The translations under genes were made by a program, and so were the position numbers. Positions 8,318 through 20,300 of a DNA stretch of 64,000 nucleotides are shown piece after piece (position 1 is the first letter of the stretch; every line of letters starts with the position of its first letter). The DNA is from Nitrospira sp. (GTDB lineage Bacteria > Nitrospirota > Nitrospiria > SBBL01 > JAADHI01): assembly GCA_027020665.1 (NCBI GenBank), contig JALUVJ010000093.1, positions 5,795 to 69,794 on the forward strand, written 5' to 3'. The notes beneath the pieces are model-generated. The model ran no database searches. It saw nothing but the letters and a program-made list of their open reading frames with translations, and was not told the DNA's origin.

Positions 8318-11300
8318 TAATATTTCCCCTGGACGCGGATGAACCAGCCGCGCGCATCATAATTGTTGTCGGAAAATTCATTGTCCGTGAAGCGGCTGAA
8401 ATTGTAGCCCACACCGAAACGAAAATGTTTCGCCAGGGCACGATTCACTTCGACAGCGTAACCTTCGAGCTGGTCGTTTGCCTGAAACTGTTTCAGGATG
8501 CGGTATTCTCCCGCGATATCCCACCGTTTCGTCACATGAAAATTAAGACGATTAATCCAAAGATCGGTCCGGCTTTTCAAATCCGGACGCGGGCTTTGGC
8601 GTTCTTTCTTGAGTTTAACCGCGTATTTTTCGACCCATTGAAAATACCGCGAGATGTCGTAGATAATTTCCACGGACGTCACATGGGATGCGGTTTTCAG
8701 CATCGGGCCGCTTGCATCGGGTTTTTGATCCATCAGAAAGGTATATTTTGAAATAAAATTCACCCGGTCAAAGGCAATGGGCCGATAGGCCACCCCGCCC
8801 CCGGCTTCTGTAAAACGCGCCTCGAGGCGATTTTGTGTGCGATTTTTTGTATCGCTGAAATTAAATTTCCCAAACAAGGTCAGTCCCGAAAGTATTTTCA
8901 GCTCGCCCTGATGGGTCGTGAGACGGTGTATTTTTTTGTCCGTGCCTTTTTCAAGCCGCAGTTCAACACGGTGCGCGGAACGGCTGCCGTCCGGACGCAG
9001 GTAGCGCAGACTCAAGGCGGCGGCATCCCGCGTGGTGTTCCGGGTCAGTCCTTTGAGGTAACTGCGTTCGTAGTTCAGATTGATTTTCCATTTTTTATCA
9101 TCGCCGAAACGCTGATCCAAGCCCCAAAGGGAGCGGGTTTGATTTATAGGCCCGCGCTCTTCACCGTATTCGCCGTAAAGTTTCAGACGCGGCGTCAACA
9201 TGCGGTCGCCCCCGGCGACGGAAGCCCAGGTCGCCTCTTCACCCTCTTTTTTCTTAAAGGTCTCATTAATATAAAGTGTGGAGCGATCGTCAATGCGTGC
9301 GCTCAAGCCCAGCAGGGCCGTATCGGCGGCATTTGAAAAGGATCCCTCGGCGACCCCGTCGAGCCAATCCGCAAGCCCGGCCTTCAACCCCAAGGTGCTG
9401 CGATAACGATCCGCACCGCGAATCAATTGCTGATGTTTGAGCAAGGCCGAAAAACGCTCATGGACCTGCCAATTCACCGCACCGGCAAGTTGTTGCTCCA
9501 CTTTGGAAACACCGCCGCCTTCATCAATGCGTTTATCCTGAAAACCCGCCGTAAATAAAAACGGCCCCCGGCGATGCCCGTATTCAAGTTCTTTCATAAG
9601 CACCTGCTTCGCACCGACCTGATTCGCCGAAACCGCGTTCGCATTGGCAATCACTTCCTGAAAATCGTAACGCAAGCGCAGGGTATCCTGCTTGTTCAAG
9701 ACGGCTTTCAGACCGCCCCCGTATTTTAAAGTGCCCTGTTCCAACAAGGTGCCGTTTGAGAAGAAACCGGGCGAAAGGCGTTTGTAATAGGCATTCCCCA
9801 GCAGACGCGCTTTTGCGCCAAACCATTCGGAGAGATTGCTGCGTACCGCCGCCTTGTAGGCCGATCCCGAGTCCGCTACGGTCGCGGCAAGGGGTGTGAA
9901 GCTGATGCCCCCGTCTTCACTGATCAAAGTCGCGCTGTTTTTCCCCCGGCTTTGCGCATATTCCCCGACCAGCGTCGTATCCCGGCCCAAACGGAGTTCC
10001 GCGTCCGCCGCCTTCAGTGCGTAATCACCGGCCTCCGCCGCGTCTTCGATGGCCGTACCCCCAATCGCAAGATGATCCCCCACCTGTTGGCGCACCCGGC
10101 CGCCCACCGCCCTTTTATCAAAATTCTGCGCCTCGTATTCAAAATCGACCAGGACAAATACGGGATGTCCCTGCAAAGAAGCTTGCGCCAAAAGCAGGTC
10201 ATTCGAGACGACGCCGGATATCGGACGCCGGAATAAAATGCGACCCTCTTCATATTTAAAACTGTAATCGGCATCCCGAACCTGGTCAATTTTGGCCAGG
10301 ACCAGACCGGTATTCTGATCCCGCACTTCAATGCGCACCTGCTCGCTGCCTTCAATGACATTTTTTTCGGAAAGGTAGTAGAGTGAGCCGCCCGTCGCCC
10401 GGAAGGTGTTTTGCACATGGGCCTGACGCACCTCTGCACCAAAAACGATCACTTTGGTATCGTGTGCGCCGTACCGCGTTTTTGAAAGGGATCGGTATTC
10501 GGCACGTGCGCCGTATAAAGTGCGGTTAAAGGCCGCAAGCTCCGTATCGTTCAAATCGGTTTTATAATTGCCGACAAGCACATTCAAGTCCTCGCCTTCG
10601 ATGGCAAGATAAAACTTGCCCCGGCTTTGTGCGTCGTATACAATCGTGCTCTCATCGCCGTAAACCGGGTAGAATTTATCCGGATCGATATTCGTAAAAA
10701 AGCGGTCGGTTTCCGCCTGATTCAGATTTTGAAACATCCGCTCAAATTCATTTTTTCCCGTGTCAAAGGCGGAGGTGATGAGATACTTGCCCAGAATTTT
10801 CCCCTTTAAATAATAAGCCAGTCGTCCCTTTGCATAATAATCCTTCCGCTGATCGGCACCGGCCCCTTCCAAATAACCCGAAGTCGAAATTCGACCGAAC
10901 TCCCCGTCGGCCAGCGCCATCAAAAAGAAAGGGGCCTCATTCACTGTCACTTCGCGTTCAATGCGACTGCTGTAACCTTCGGCATCCACGACTTTGATGA
11001 CCAAGGTATTTTTGCCGGATTGAAGCTCGGCCCTTGTGCTAAAGGTCCCGTTTTCCGCCACCGCAATTTTTGTTTCATTCACCCAAACGGCATTGCCCGG
11101 ATCGGTCATCCCACGCAGCGGCAATTGCGTATGCGATAAAACCTTGCCTTTTGGCGGCAAGAGCACCGAAATTTGCGGGATGGGTTTGATCGCCATCATG
11201 ACCCGCCCTTGTTCGTCTTTATCGGAAAGATGTATTTTGAGCGTCATCATGCGACTCACCCGTTGAGGATTTGCCGCCACAATCGTGAACAGGTTTTCCC

Positions 11301-14300
11301 CGATTTTCAGCAGGATATCCGTTTCAAAGCGACCCTCCATACCGACTTTCACGGCTTTGCCATCCACCCAGACCTGATTTTCCGCCTCCGTTTTGCCCTG
11401 AAGACGATAAGACGCCACCGGAAGCCCGGCTGTTTTTTCACCGCCTTTGGGCAGAGGCAACGCCAGGTAACGCGCATTGGGTTCTCCAAAAACCAAGATT
11501 TCTTGCCCCGCAGGGGCAAGAATTTCAACCTTCGGGAAAATGAGTGTTGTTTTCAGCACTTCGCCGCCGGAACCAGCCATTTCCAGTATCAGTGTTTCCA
11601 CGTCTTGCCTCAGCTTGGTGGAAAAACGATCTCCCGTCTCCGTTTCCACCGGGAGACCGTTAATCCTCATCACCGCTTCGGAACGCGGATGATTGAAGAT
11701 TTTTGCCGTTTTTACTTCCTTGATCGTGCCGACAATCTCAACCCGCCGATTGACGGCACGCCCTTCTTCAACACCGTTGCTGGCAATGGGCTTCCCTTCG
11801 CCAAACCATTTGAGCGAGAAGCGTTTTTTGTCGATGGCCTTCTTTTCAACCAGGTAATGCATCGCGGTTTCCGCGCGGGCCTTTGAAAGCTGAAGATTAA
11901 AATCATCATTGCCTGTATTGTCCGTATGGCCTTCGATCGTAATGGGTTCGTTCGGATATTTTTTCAGGGTTTCCGCTAATTCATCCAGCACTTTTTCCGT
12001 CTTCTCATTAATTTCAGCCGAACCGACAGCAAAGGCCGAACCCAGCAAATTAAGCGATACCGCCGAAGTTTTATTCACCCCAAAGAGCCGACGCGTGCTG
12101 GCCGCAGCAGAGCCGTCCTTGTAATCGACTTTAAATTGGTACGAATAGACCGCACCCCCTTCCATGAGCTTTTGCGCGGCGTCTTTGCCGTCCCAGCGAA
12201 TCTCTTCCGGCGGAGCGCCTTGGCCTTGCAAGAGGCGGAATATCCCGCCCTCCGCATCTTTGATTTCCAAGCGCCAGGATTTCACGCGGTCCGGCATCTC
12301 CGGCACAATCGAAAACAAAATGGGTTGGATAAGATTTTCACCAATAATTTCAACAACTTCTTTAATTTCACTCACACCCAGATGGGCCTGATTTACAGGC
12401 AACTTCACATCGTCGCCGTTGACCAGCACTTGCATGGCCTGCAAATGACCCGTAATTTGCGTCGGCTCGATTTCAAGCTGCGGAGAAACGGCAAGGCCTT
12501 CTTTGCCCGGGCGCCCGATATGTTCCGTTTCAATATCGTAAACCACACCAAAATTAACCTTGGTTAAAAGGCCGCGACTCACTTCCGCAATACGTGCTTC
12601 TTCCGTCGTCACGGTGGTGCCCGGCGGCAGAGTGGCGGTATGGATCTTCAAAAGCCGCTGTCCGGGTTTCACGCCGGGGAAATGATAGCGCCCGGCATCA
12701 TCGGTCACGACGTAGGTTCCGTTATCCAAGGCCACCCGGACACCGGCAATGCCCGCTTCACCGCGATCCTGATAACCGTTTTGGTTCTTATCGAAAAAGA
12801 CCTTCCCAATGACGGTGCTCAAGTCAAAAATCGGATCGTAATCGACACGAACCTTGACACGGGACTGATTTGAAATCGCCGCAAAATCCACGGCCTGTGC
12901 CAAATTGACATGCGCTCCGGGTTTGACCCCCGATCCGATCACCAATTGATAGGACAGCGTTATATTCCCCGCATCCCCCGTATCGGCCAAACCGTTTCCA
13001 TTTTGATCCACCCAAGCAGCAATAGTGCCCAAATTAAAGGCACGGGTTTGATTGCCCGAAGGATCAGCCGCAGGCTGACCGTTGACCAGGCTTGAACCCT
13101 GTAGATACTTAAATCCGGGTGGAATTTTGTCATTCAAGGTCACAGAGGACACATCCTGTGTCGTGGTATTCTGAATCGCCACTTCATAGGTAATCACATC
13201 GCCGATTACGGCTGATTTTTTATTTGCGGTTTTGCTGATTTTCAGCACTTCTCCGGCGGTAAAGGTTACCGTCTGTGCAGACTGAAGCAGTACCCCGTTC
13301 ACGGTCGCGTTTACCGCCGCGATGCCGGAGATAGCGGAACTCAATTGCGCACTGTAGGTCCCGTCTCCATTATCGACAACCGCCGTCATACTGCCAAAAG
13401 GATCTCCGGCGGCTTCTTTCACCCCGGCCGGTTTTCCGGAGGGTGCGGCCGCTTCGACAACAGAAATAACGACATTCAAACCCGAACCCAAATCGAGACC
13501 GGCGGGATCTTTCGGCGTAATCGTAATCGTGCTGTAAGGATTGCCGTCCCCGTCGCGGTCAATTTCAATCAAGCTCGGCGCGGCAGAAACAAGGGACTGC
13601 GCCGTATCAATGCTTTGCACGGTAACGGACAGACTGTTCGCATCCTCCGAATCCCCGTCGGCATTCCCTTCTGCCGCCGACTGCGGCGCCACCGCTGCGG
13701 TCGCCGTATCGTTAAATTTGGCCAGAAAGCTTGCACTGTCTGAGACGCCTGGGGTATCGGCCGTAAAACGGATTTGAACATTGCTCGATGAAGTCAGGAG
13801 CTTGCTGCCCAGTGTTACCGTCATGACTTGAGCCGAAACACCGGCACAATATTCCCCGGCGCCCGGCGTCGGACACGTGATACTGGCGGTTTGATTCGCC
13901 CCTGCGACCGAAACGCCGGTCACATTCAAATTGGCATAGGCACTCGGGGCAGTCAACTCAAGTTGATCAATGCCGGTATCCGCGGCATTAATCGCGGGCA
14001 GTATATCCAAAATAAAGGCACGGGTTGTCGTACTCATGACCACCGTATTCGGACTGATTTCCGAGAGCGCCGAAGTCGCCGCCAAGTCCCCCGTCGCCAC
14101 CGCAATGCTGTCGGCATCGGCGGCATCCCCGTCCGCATTGCCCGCCGTGATCGCTTGCGCCGCCGTAATCGTCGCCGCATCGTCCACCGTCGCGGTCACA
14201 TTCCCGCTGCCCACGGTTGACGGCGCATCGGCGGTGAAGGTGATGCGGATATTCGTGAGCGAGGTCGTGACGGCAGTCCCCAAGGTGAGCGTGATGACTT

Positions 14301-17300
14301 GACCGGAAACCGTGCTGCAATATTCGCCCGCTGCGGGCGTGGGGCAGCCCGAACCCGCCGTCTGCGCCGTGCCGCCCACCGAAACCCCCGTCACGGAAAG
14401 GTTGCTGTGTCCCGCAGGCACGGTGAGGGCGATTTGATTGATCCCTGTGTCCCCGGCATTGATCGTGGGCAGCATGTCGTAGGCAAAGCTGTTCCCCGTC
14501 GAATTGATCGGCACGGCATTCGGCGAAACCTCCGCAAGGACCGATGTCACGGCGCGTCCCACCACCTGCACCGTGATGCTGTTGTTATCTCCCGCGTCGC
14601 CGTCCGCGTTACCCGCCGCCGCGGCCTGTGCGGCGACGCCTGTGCTTGTATCGTCGAAGGTGCTTGTAAAATCGGCGCCGCCCACCGTCGTCGGCGCGTC
14701 GGCGGTGAGGGTGAGCCGGATGTTGCTGAGGGTCGTCGTCACCTTTGTGCCGAGCGTCACCGTGATGACTTGCCCGGAAATCGAGGCGCAGTATTCCCCG
14801 GCCCCGAGCCCGACGCAGTCCGGTATTTGCGCCGTCCCGCCCACGCTGACGCCGTTGAGAACAAGATTGCCGTAGCCCGCCGGCACGCTCAAGATGATTT
14901 GATCAATGCCGGTGTCCGAGCCGCCGATGGTCGGCAGCAGATCGTAGGTGAAGGCATTGCCCGTGCTGCCGACGGCCACCGCGTTGGGGGAAATTTCCAC
15001 CGCGGCGGAGGTGGCCGCCACCGCCGTGCCGAACCATTGGATGTTGTTGCCCGAATCAATCGCATTCGTGGGATTCACCGGAATCAGCGCCGCGTCGGAA
15101 CCTGCGGCGTCCGAGTCCTGCACATCCACAAAATCCACGGATTTTACGGCGCCCGCGCCCAAGACCAGGCTCCATGGATTGCCGGGGCTGTCTGAGACCA
15201 AATTGATGCGATCATCGGCATCCAGACCATTGATTGTGAAAGTCCCGTTGATGGTCTGCGTGGCGGTATTGTCGAAAGTCAGGGTGAGATCGGTCGCGTC
15301 GTTTGCACTGTCTATTTTGCTGAAGTGATTGAAGGTCGTCGAACCCGCAAGGCTTTGATTGCCGCCGTCGAACGTGACCGTATTCGCCCCGGAGGCATAC
15401 GTTCCGCTGTTGCTCCAATTGCCCGCCAGCGTGATGGCATTGCCCGCGCTGTTGAGTGTGCCCGCCGTGATCGTCAGGTTGCCGTTCACGTCCAAGGCCG
15501 CGTTTTGCGCCCAGGTGCCGCCCGCATTGTTGAATGTCAGATTGGCATAGCTGTTCCCCGCGGCCAGGCCCGCATAAGTGCCGCCGCCGTCATACAACAC
15601 GGTGCTGCCGGAATTCAGCGTCGTCGTGCCCGTCGTCACCGTTTCGCCGCCTTCGAGTTGGAGGGTGCCTGCGGCATTCACCGTGAACACGTCGGGCACG
15701 GTGAGGTTAAAACCGTTGAGGTCGAGTGTGCCTTGGCTGATCGTCAAATCCTGTCCCGCGCCGTCCAGGCCCGTGGCGAAGTTTGCGAGCAGGATCACCG
15801 TGCCGGAAGTCTTGTTGATTGTGAAAGTGCCGTCCGGCAGATCGCCCGTGACATTGATATTTTGCGTGCCCGTCCCATCCAGGGTGACGGCCGTCGTGCC
15901 GTCGACGGCGGCATCGGCACTCGTGAGATTTCCGGCCACCGTCATCGTGCCCCCGCTGATATTTCCCGCATCGCTGAGCGTGAGGTTTCCGTTGATATCC
16001 ATTGTGCCGACAATCGTGACCGCATTGCCGTTGTTGGACAATTCGACATCATTGAAGCGCATGGCGCCGGAACTGATGGTGTGGGGATAGAAGGCGTCAA
16101 AACGCACAGTGCTTGTTCCGGCATTCACCGTGCCCGCCGTGTAAGTCCAATCCGCCGTCTCAATCGTCCCCTCCAGCGTCAAGGTGCCCCCCGTTTTATT
16201 GATGGCGATATTGGGAAAGTCACCCGTGCTGGAAAGCACACCCAGCGTTTGATTGCCACCGCCGTCCAGTAAAATCGTGGCCGTGCCGACGATATCGGTA
16301 TCGGTACTGGTCGCATTGCCCGCCACGGCGATCGTGCCGCCATCAATTCCGGCAAGTGAGGTGACGGCGAAATCGCCATCCACGTCCACAGTGCCCGTCA
16401 CGGTCAAAGTCCCGGTTCCGATCGCAAGGCTCAGGTCGTTGAGAATGGCCGAGCCGATATTGATCGTCGCACTGCCCGTGTCAAAAGCGACGGTTCCGGC
16501 ATTGTGGGTAAAAGTGCCGCCTGAAATCGTAAAGCCCGTGCCGATGGACAAGGTGCCGCTGGTCGCCGTAAACGCACCGGCAGTCAACTGCAAAGCCCCG
16601 TTCACGTCAATGGTGCCGCTGCCGCCAACAAAAGTACCTAAGTTCTCCATTGCCGGTGTCGTCACATTGCCGCCCGGTGTAAAACTGTGGTTTAAGGGGA
16701 TGTATAACTCCGTCCCGGCCCCGCTGACGGTGAGATTGCCGCTTGCGACCGAGTAGAGGAGATCCGTATCTGAGAATGCACCCAGGGCGGTATCCATATT
16801 GGCATTGCTGAGACTGCGGCTGTTATCGTGGCGGGCAATGACATGGCCCGCATAAATATCGAATCCGGCCAGTGCCGTACCGTCCGAAACGGTCACCGCC
16901 ACACCATCGGAAGCATGATTGTCGATGTAGACTAAGATGGCATCACCCGCACTGAGTGCCCCGGAAGGAATGGCATAAGCACCCGTCGTTGTCGTGTCTG
17001 TGCCGACACTCACCCCATTCACCAAGAGGCGAACGATTGCGCCGTCGGCAATCGGCGTCGTGCCTTCGTCGGTGTAGACCGTGCCGGTGATCTGTACCGA
17101 AAAAATCCAATGCGGACTGGCGGCGGCATCGTCATTGTTGCCGCTGTTTGTTGAAAGGTTGGCGGTGATATTGTTCGTGCCCGCGTCGGAATATTGCACG
17201 TCTACGAAACTTACGGTCTGCGCGCCGCCCGTCACGTCCAATACGTATTGGCTCGCATTCGTCGAGCGCAGGACGACTTCCGTGCCCGCGGCCTGCCCGT

Positions 17301-20300
17301 TGAGATTCAATGTGCCGCTGATGGTATTTGTTGTGCCTCCGGTGAAGCGCAACTGCGTATTCGGCGTCACCGCCGTGAAGTTGCCGGTGCTGAGGGCGTC
17401 CGAAAAAGTCACAACATTCGAGGCATTCGTGATCGTCAAATTATTAAATGTACTGCCGCCGCTGGTGATGCTTTGCGTGCCCGTGCCGTCGAAGGTCACG
17501 GTGTTGGCGCCGGACGTCAAGGTGCCCGCGTTCGTCCAATCGCCCGCGACGTCGATGTCAAAGCCTGCCGCATTCAATGTGGCGTTGGCGTCGATGTTCA
17601 GATTTCCGCTCAAACCGTTCACACCGCTCAAAGCAGCGCCGAGCGAATACGTTGTCGCCGCCGTCGGCGTCAGTCTCAAACTGCTGTAGGGCAGGGTGGC
17701 GATGTTCACGCCCGCGCCCGTGCCCGTGTATTGCACCGTCGAAGTGCCCGCCGTAAAAGTCCCGCTGTTTGAAAGAGGCGTGCCCGTGCCGTCGATCTCC
17801 AGCGTGTAGCCCGAAGCCCCCAAGTCGAGTGTGCCGGCCGTCACGGTCAGGGTTTGCACTTTCGTCGATGCGCCCAAAGTCAGGCTCGTGCCGTTCACCA
17901 CCACGTCTTCCAAATCCTGCGGGCCGCCGCCGGAGCTGTCGCTCAGGGTCGTCGTGCCGTCGAAAGTCCAGTCGGCCGTTCGACTGGTCACGTCGATGGA
18001 ACCGTTGCTTGCAATCGTGACATTGCCCGCCGTGTTGACCGTCGGATTGTTGGTGCCGATGTCGAGATCGCCGTCCGTGATCGTGAGATTGCCGTTGATG
18101 TCGAGGGCGTCGGCGATGATGACATCGTCGCTGCCGCTGCCGCCGGTATTGTTGAGCGTAAGGTGGTTGAAGGCGGCACCGCCGCTGGTGATTGTTTGGT
18201 CGGCCGTGCCGTTGAAGGTCACCGTGCCCGTGCTCGTAAACACACCGCCCGTGGCGTCCCAATTCCCCGACACGTTGACCGCAAAGGCGGCGGGGTTGAA
18301 GGTGCCGTTGATGTCCATATCCACGGCGGTCACGTTGCCGCCCGGTGTGAAGCTGTGCCCCGTCAAGACATGCAGTTCGTGGTTGCCCGAAACCGTGAGG
18401 TTGCCGCCCGAAACCGTGTATTGAATGTCGGTATCCCCGTTCGTTGCGGTGGAAAGATTCGCATTCGTGAGTGCGCCGCTGTTGTCCTGGCGCGTCACGA
18501 CATGGTTTTGATAAATGTTGAAGTTGGAAAAACTGCCGCCGTTGGAGACCGTCACCGTCGTCCCGTCTTCCGTTTCGTTGTCGATAAAGGCCAAAACCGT
18601 GTCGCCCACCGAAGGGGTCGCCGCGATGGAATACACGCCGGCGCCGTTCGTTACGGCCGTGCCGACGCTCGCGCCGTTGACCAGAAGTCGAATCACCTTC
18701 CCCGAAAGCGGCGTCGCTTCATCATCGTCGGTGTAGACCGTGCCGGTCACGCCGGTGAACCATTGGATGTTGTTGCCGGAATCCACGGAACTTGCGGGAT
18801 TCACGGGCAGTTGCGCGGCATTGGAGCCTGCGGCATCCGAATCCTGCACGTCCACAAAGTCGATGGCCTTCGTGGCGGACGCGCCCAAAACCAAGTCCCA
18901 CTGCGTGCCGGGGCTGTCGGAGACGAGGTTGATGCGGTCGTCGGCATCCAGGCCGTCCAAGGTGAGGGTGCCGTTGATCGTCTGCGTCGCCGTGTTGTCG
19001 AAGGTGAGGGTGACATCCGTCGCATCGTTCGTGCTTTCGGTTTTTGTGAAGTTGTTGAAGGTCGTGGAACCCGTCAGCGTTTGATTCGTGCCGTCGAAGA
19101 CGACGGTGCCGGAACGCGGTGTAAACGTCCCGCCGTTGCTCCAATTGCCCGCGACGTTGACCGGGTAGTTCGTGCCGGAGACGTCCAAAGTCCCCGCCGT
19201 GATCGTGAGGTTGCCGTTGACGTCGAGGGCGGCATCGAGCGTCCACGTGCCGGATCCGTTGAAGGTGAGCTTGGAATAGGTGTCGCCCGCGGCCAAGCCG
19301 GTGTAAGTGCCGCCGCCATCGTACAGCACGGTGCTGCCCGTGTTGAGGGTGGTGGTTGTGGTCGTCACCGTTTCGCCGCCTTCCAATTGCAAAGTTTCGG
19401 TCGCCCCGACGGTCAAGACATCCGGCACGGTGAGGTTGAAGCCGTTCAAATCCAGGGTGCCGCCGGACAGGGTGAGATCTTGCCCCGCCGCATCCAACCC
19501 GGTCGTAAAGTTCGCTGTTAAAACCGCCGTGCCCGACGCTTTGTTGATGGTGAAGGTGCCGTCCGGCAAGTCGCCGGTCACGTTGATATTCTGTGTGCCC
19601 GTGCCGTCGAGGGTGATCGCCGCCGTGCCGAAAATTTCAACATCGGCGGAGGTGAGATTGCCGGCCACGGTGAAGGTGCCGGTGTTGACATTCGAAGCCG
19701 AAGTAAAAGTGAGGTTGCCGTTGATGTCCATCGTGCCGGTGACGGTAATCGAAAACCCACCTTTGTCGAACTCAACATCGTTGAAAGCCATTGTGCCCGA
19801 ATTAACACTGGTGCTTTGCGTGCCCGCATCGTTGTTAAAGCTGACCGTGCTGCTTCCGGCGGAAACATTGCCCAAGGTCCGCGTCCAGTTGCGGCTGACA
19901 TGGATCGTGTCTTGAAGCGTGAGTGTGCCGCCGCCTTTGTTGATGTCCACGCTCGGCAAGCCCCCCGTGCCGCCCGCGGCACCCAAAATCTGTGCCCCGG
20001 CGCCATTGAACAACACCGTAGCGTCACCCCCGACGGCGCTGTCCGTCGTTGTGAGGTTCCCGGCCACGGCGACCGTGCCGGTGTTGAGATTGCCCAACCC
20101 CGAAATCGTGAGGTTGCCGTCGATGTCCATCGTACCCGTCACGGTCAAGCTAGAGCTGCCTTTGTCAAAAATGACGTTGTTAAAGGCCATGCCCGGCGCC
20201 GAAATGTTGCCGGAAATCGCTGAGGCATCGTTGTTGAAACTGACGGTGCTCGTCCCCGCCGACACCGTTCCTGCGGTATGCGTCCAGTCCTTGTGCACGC

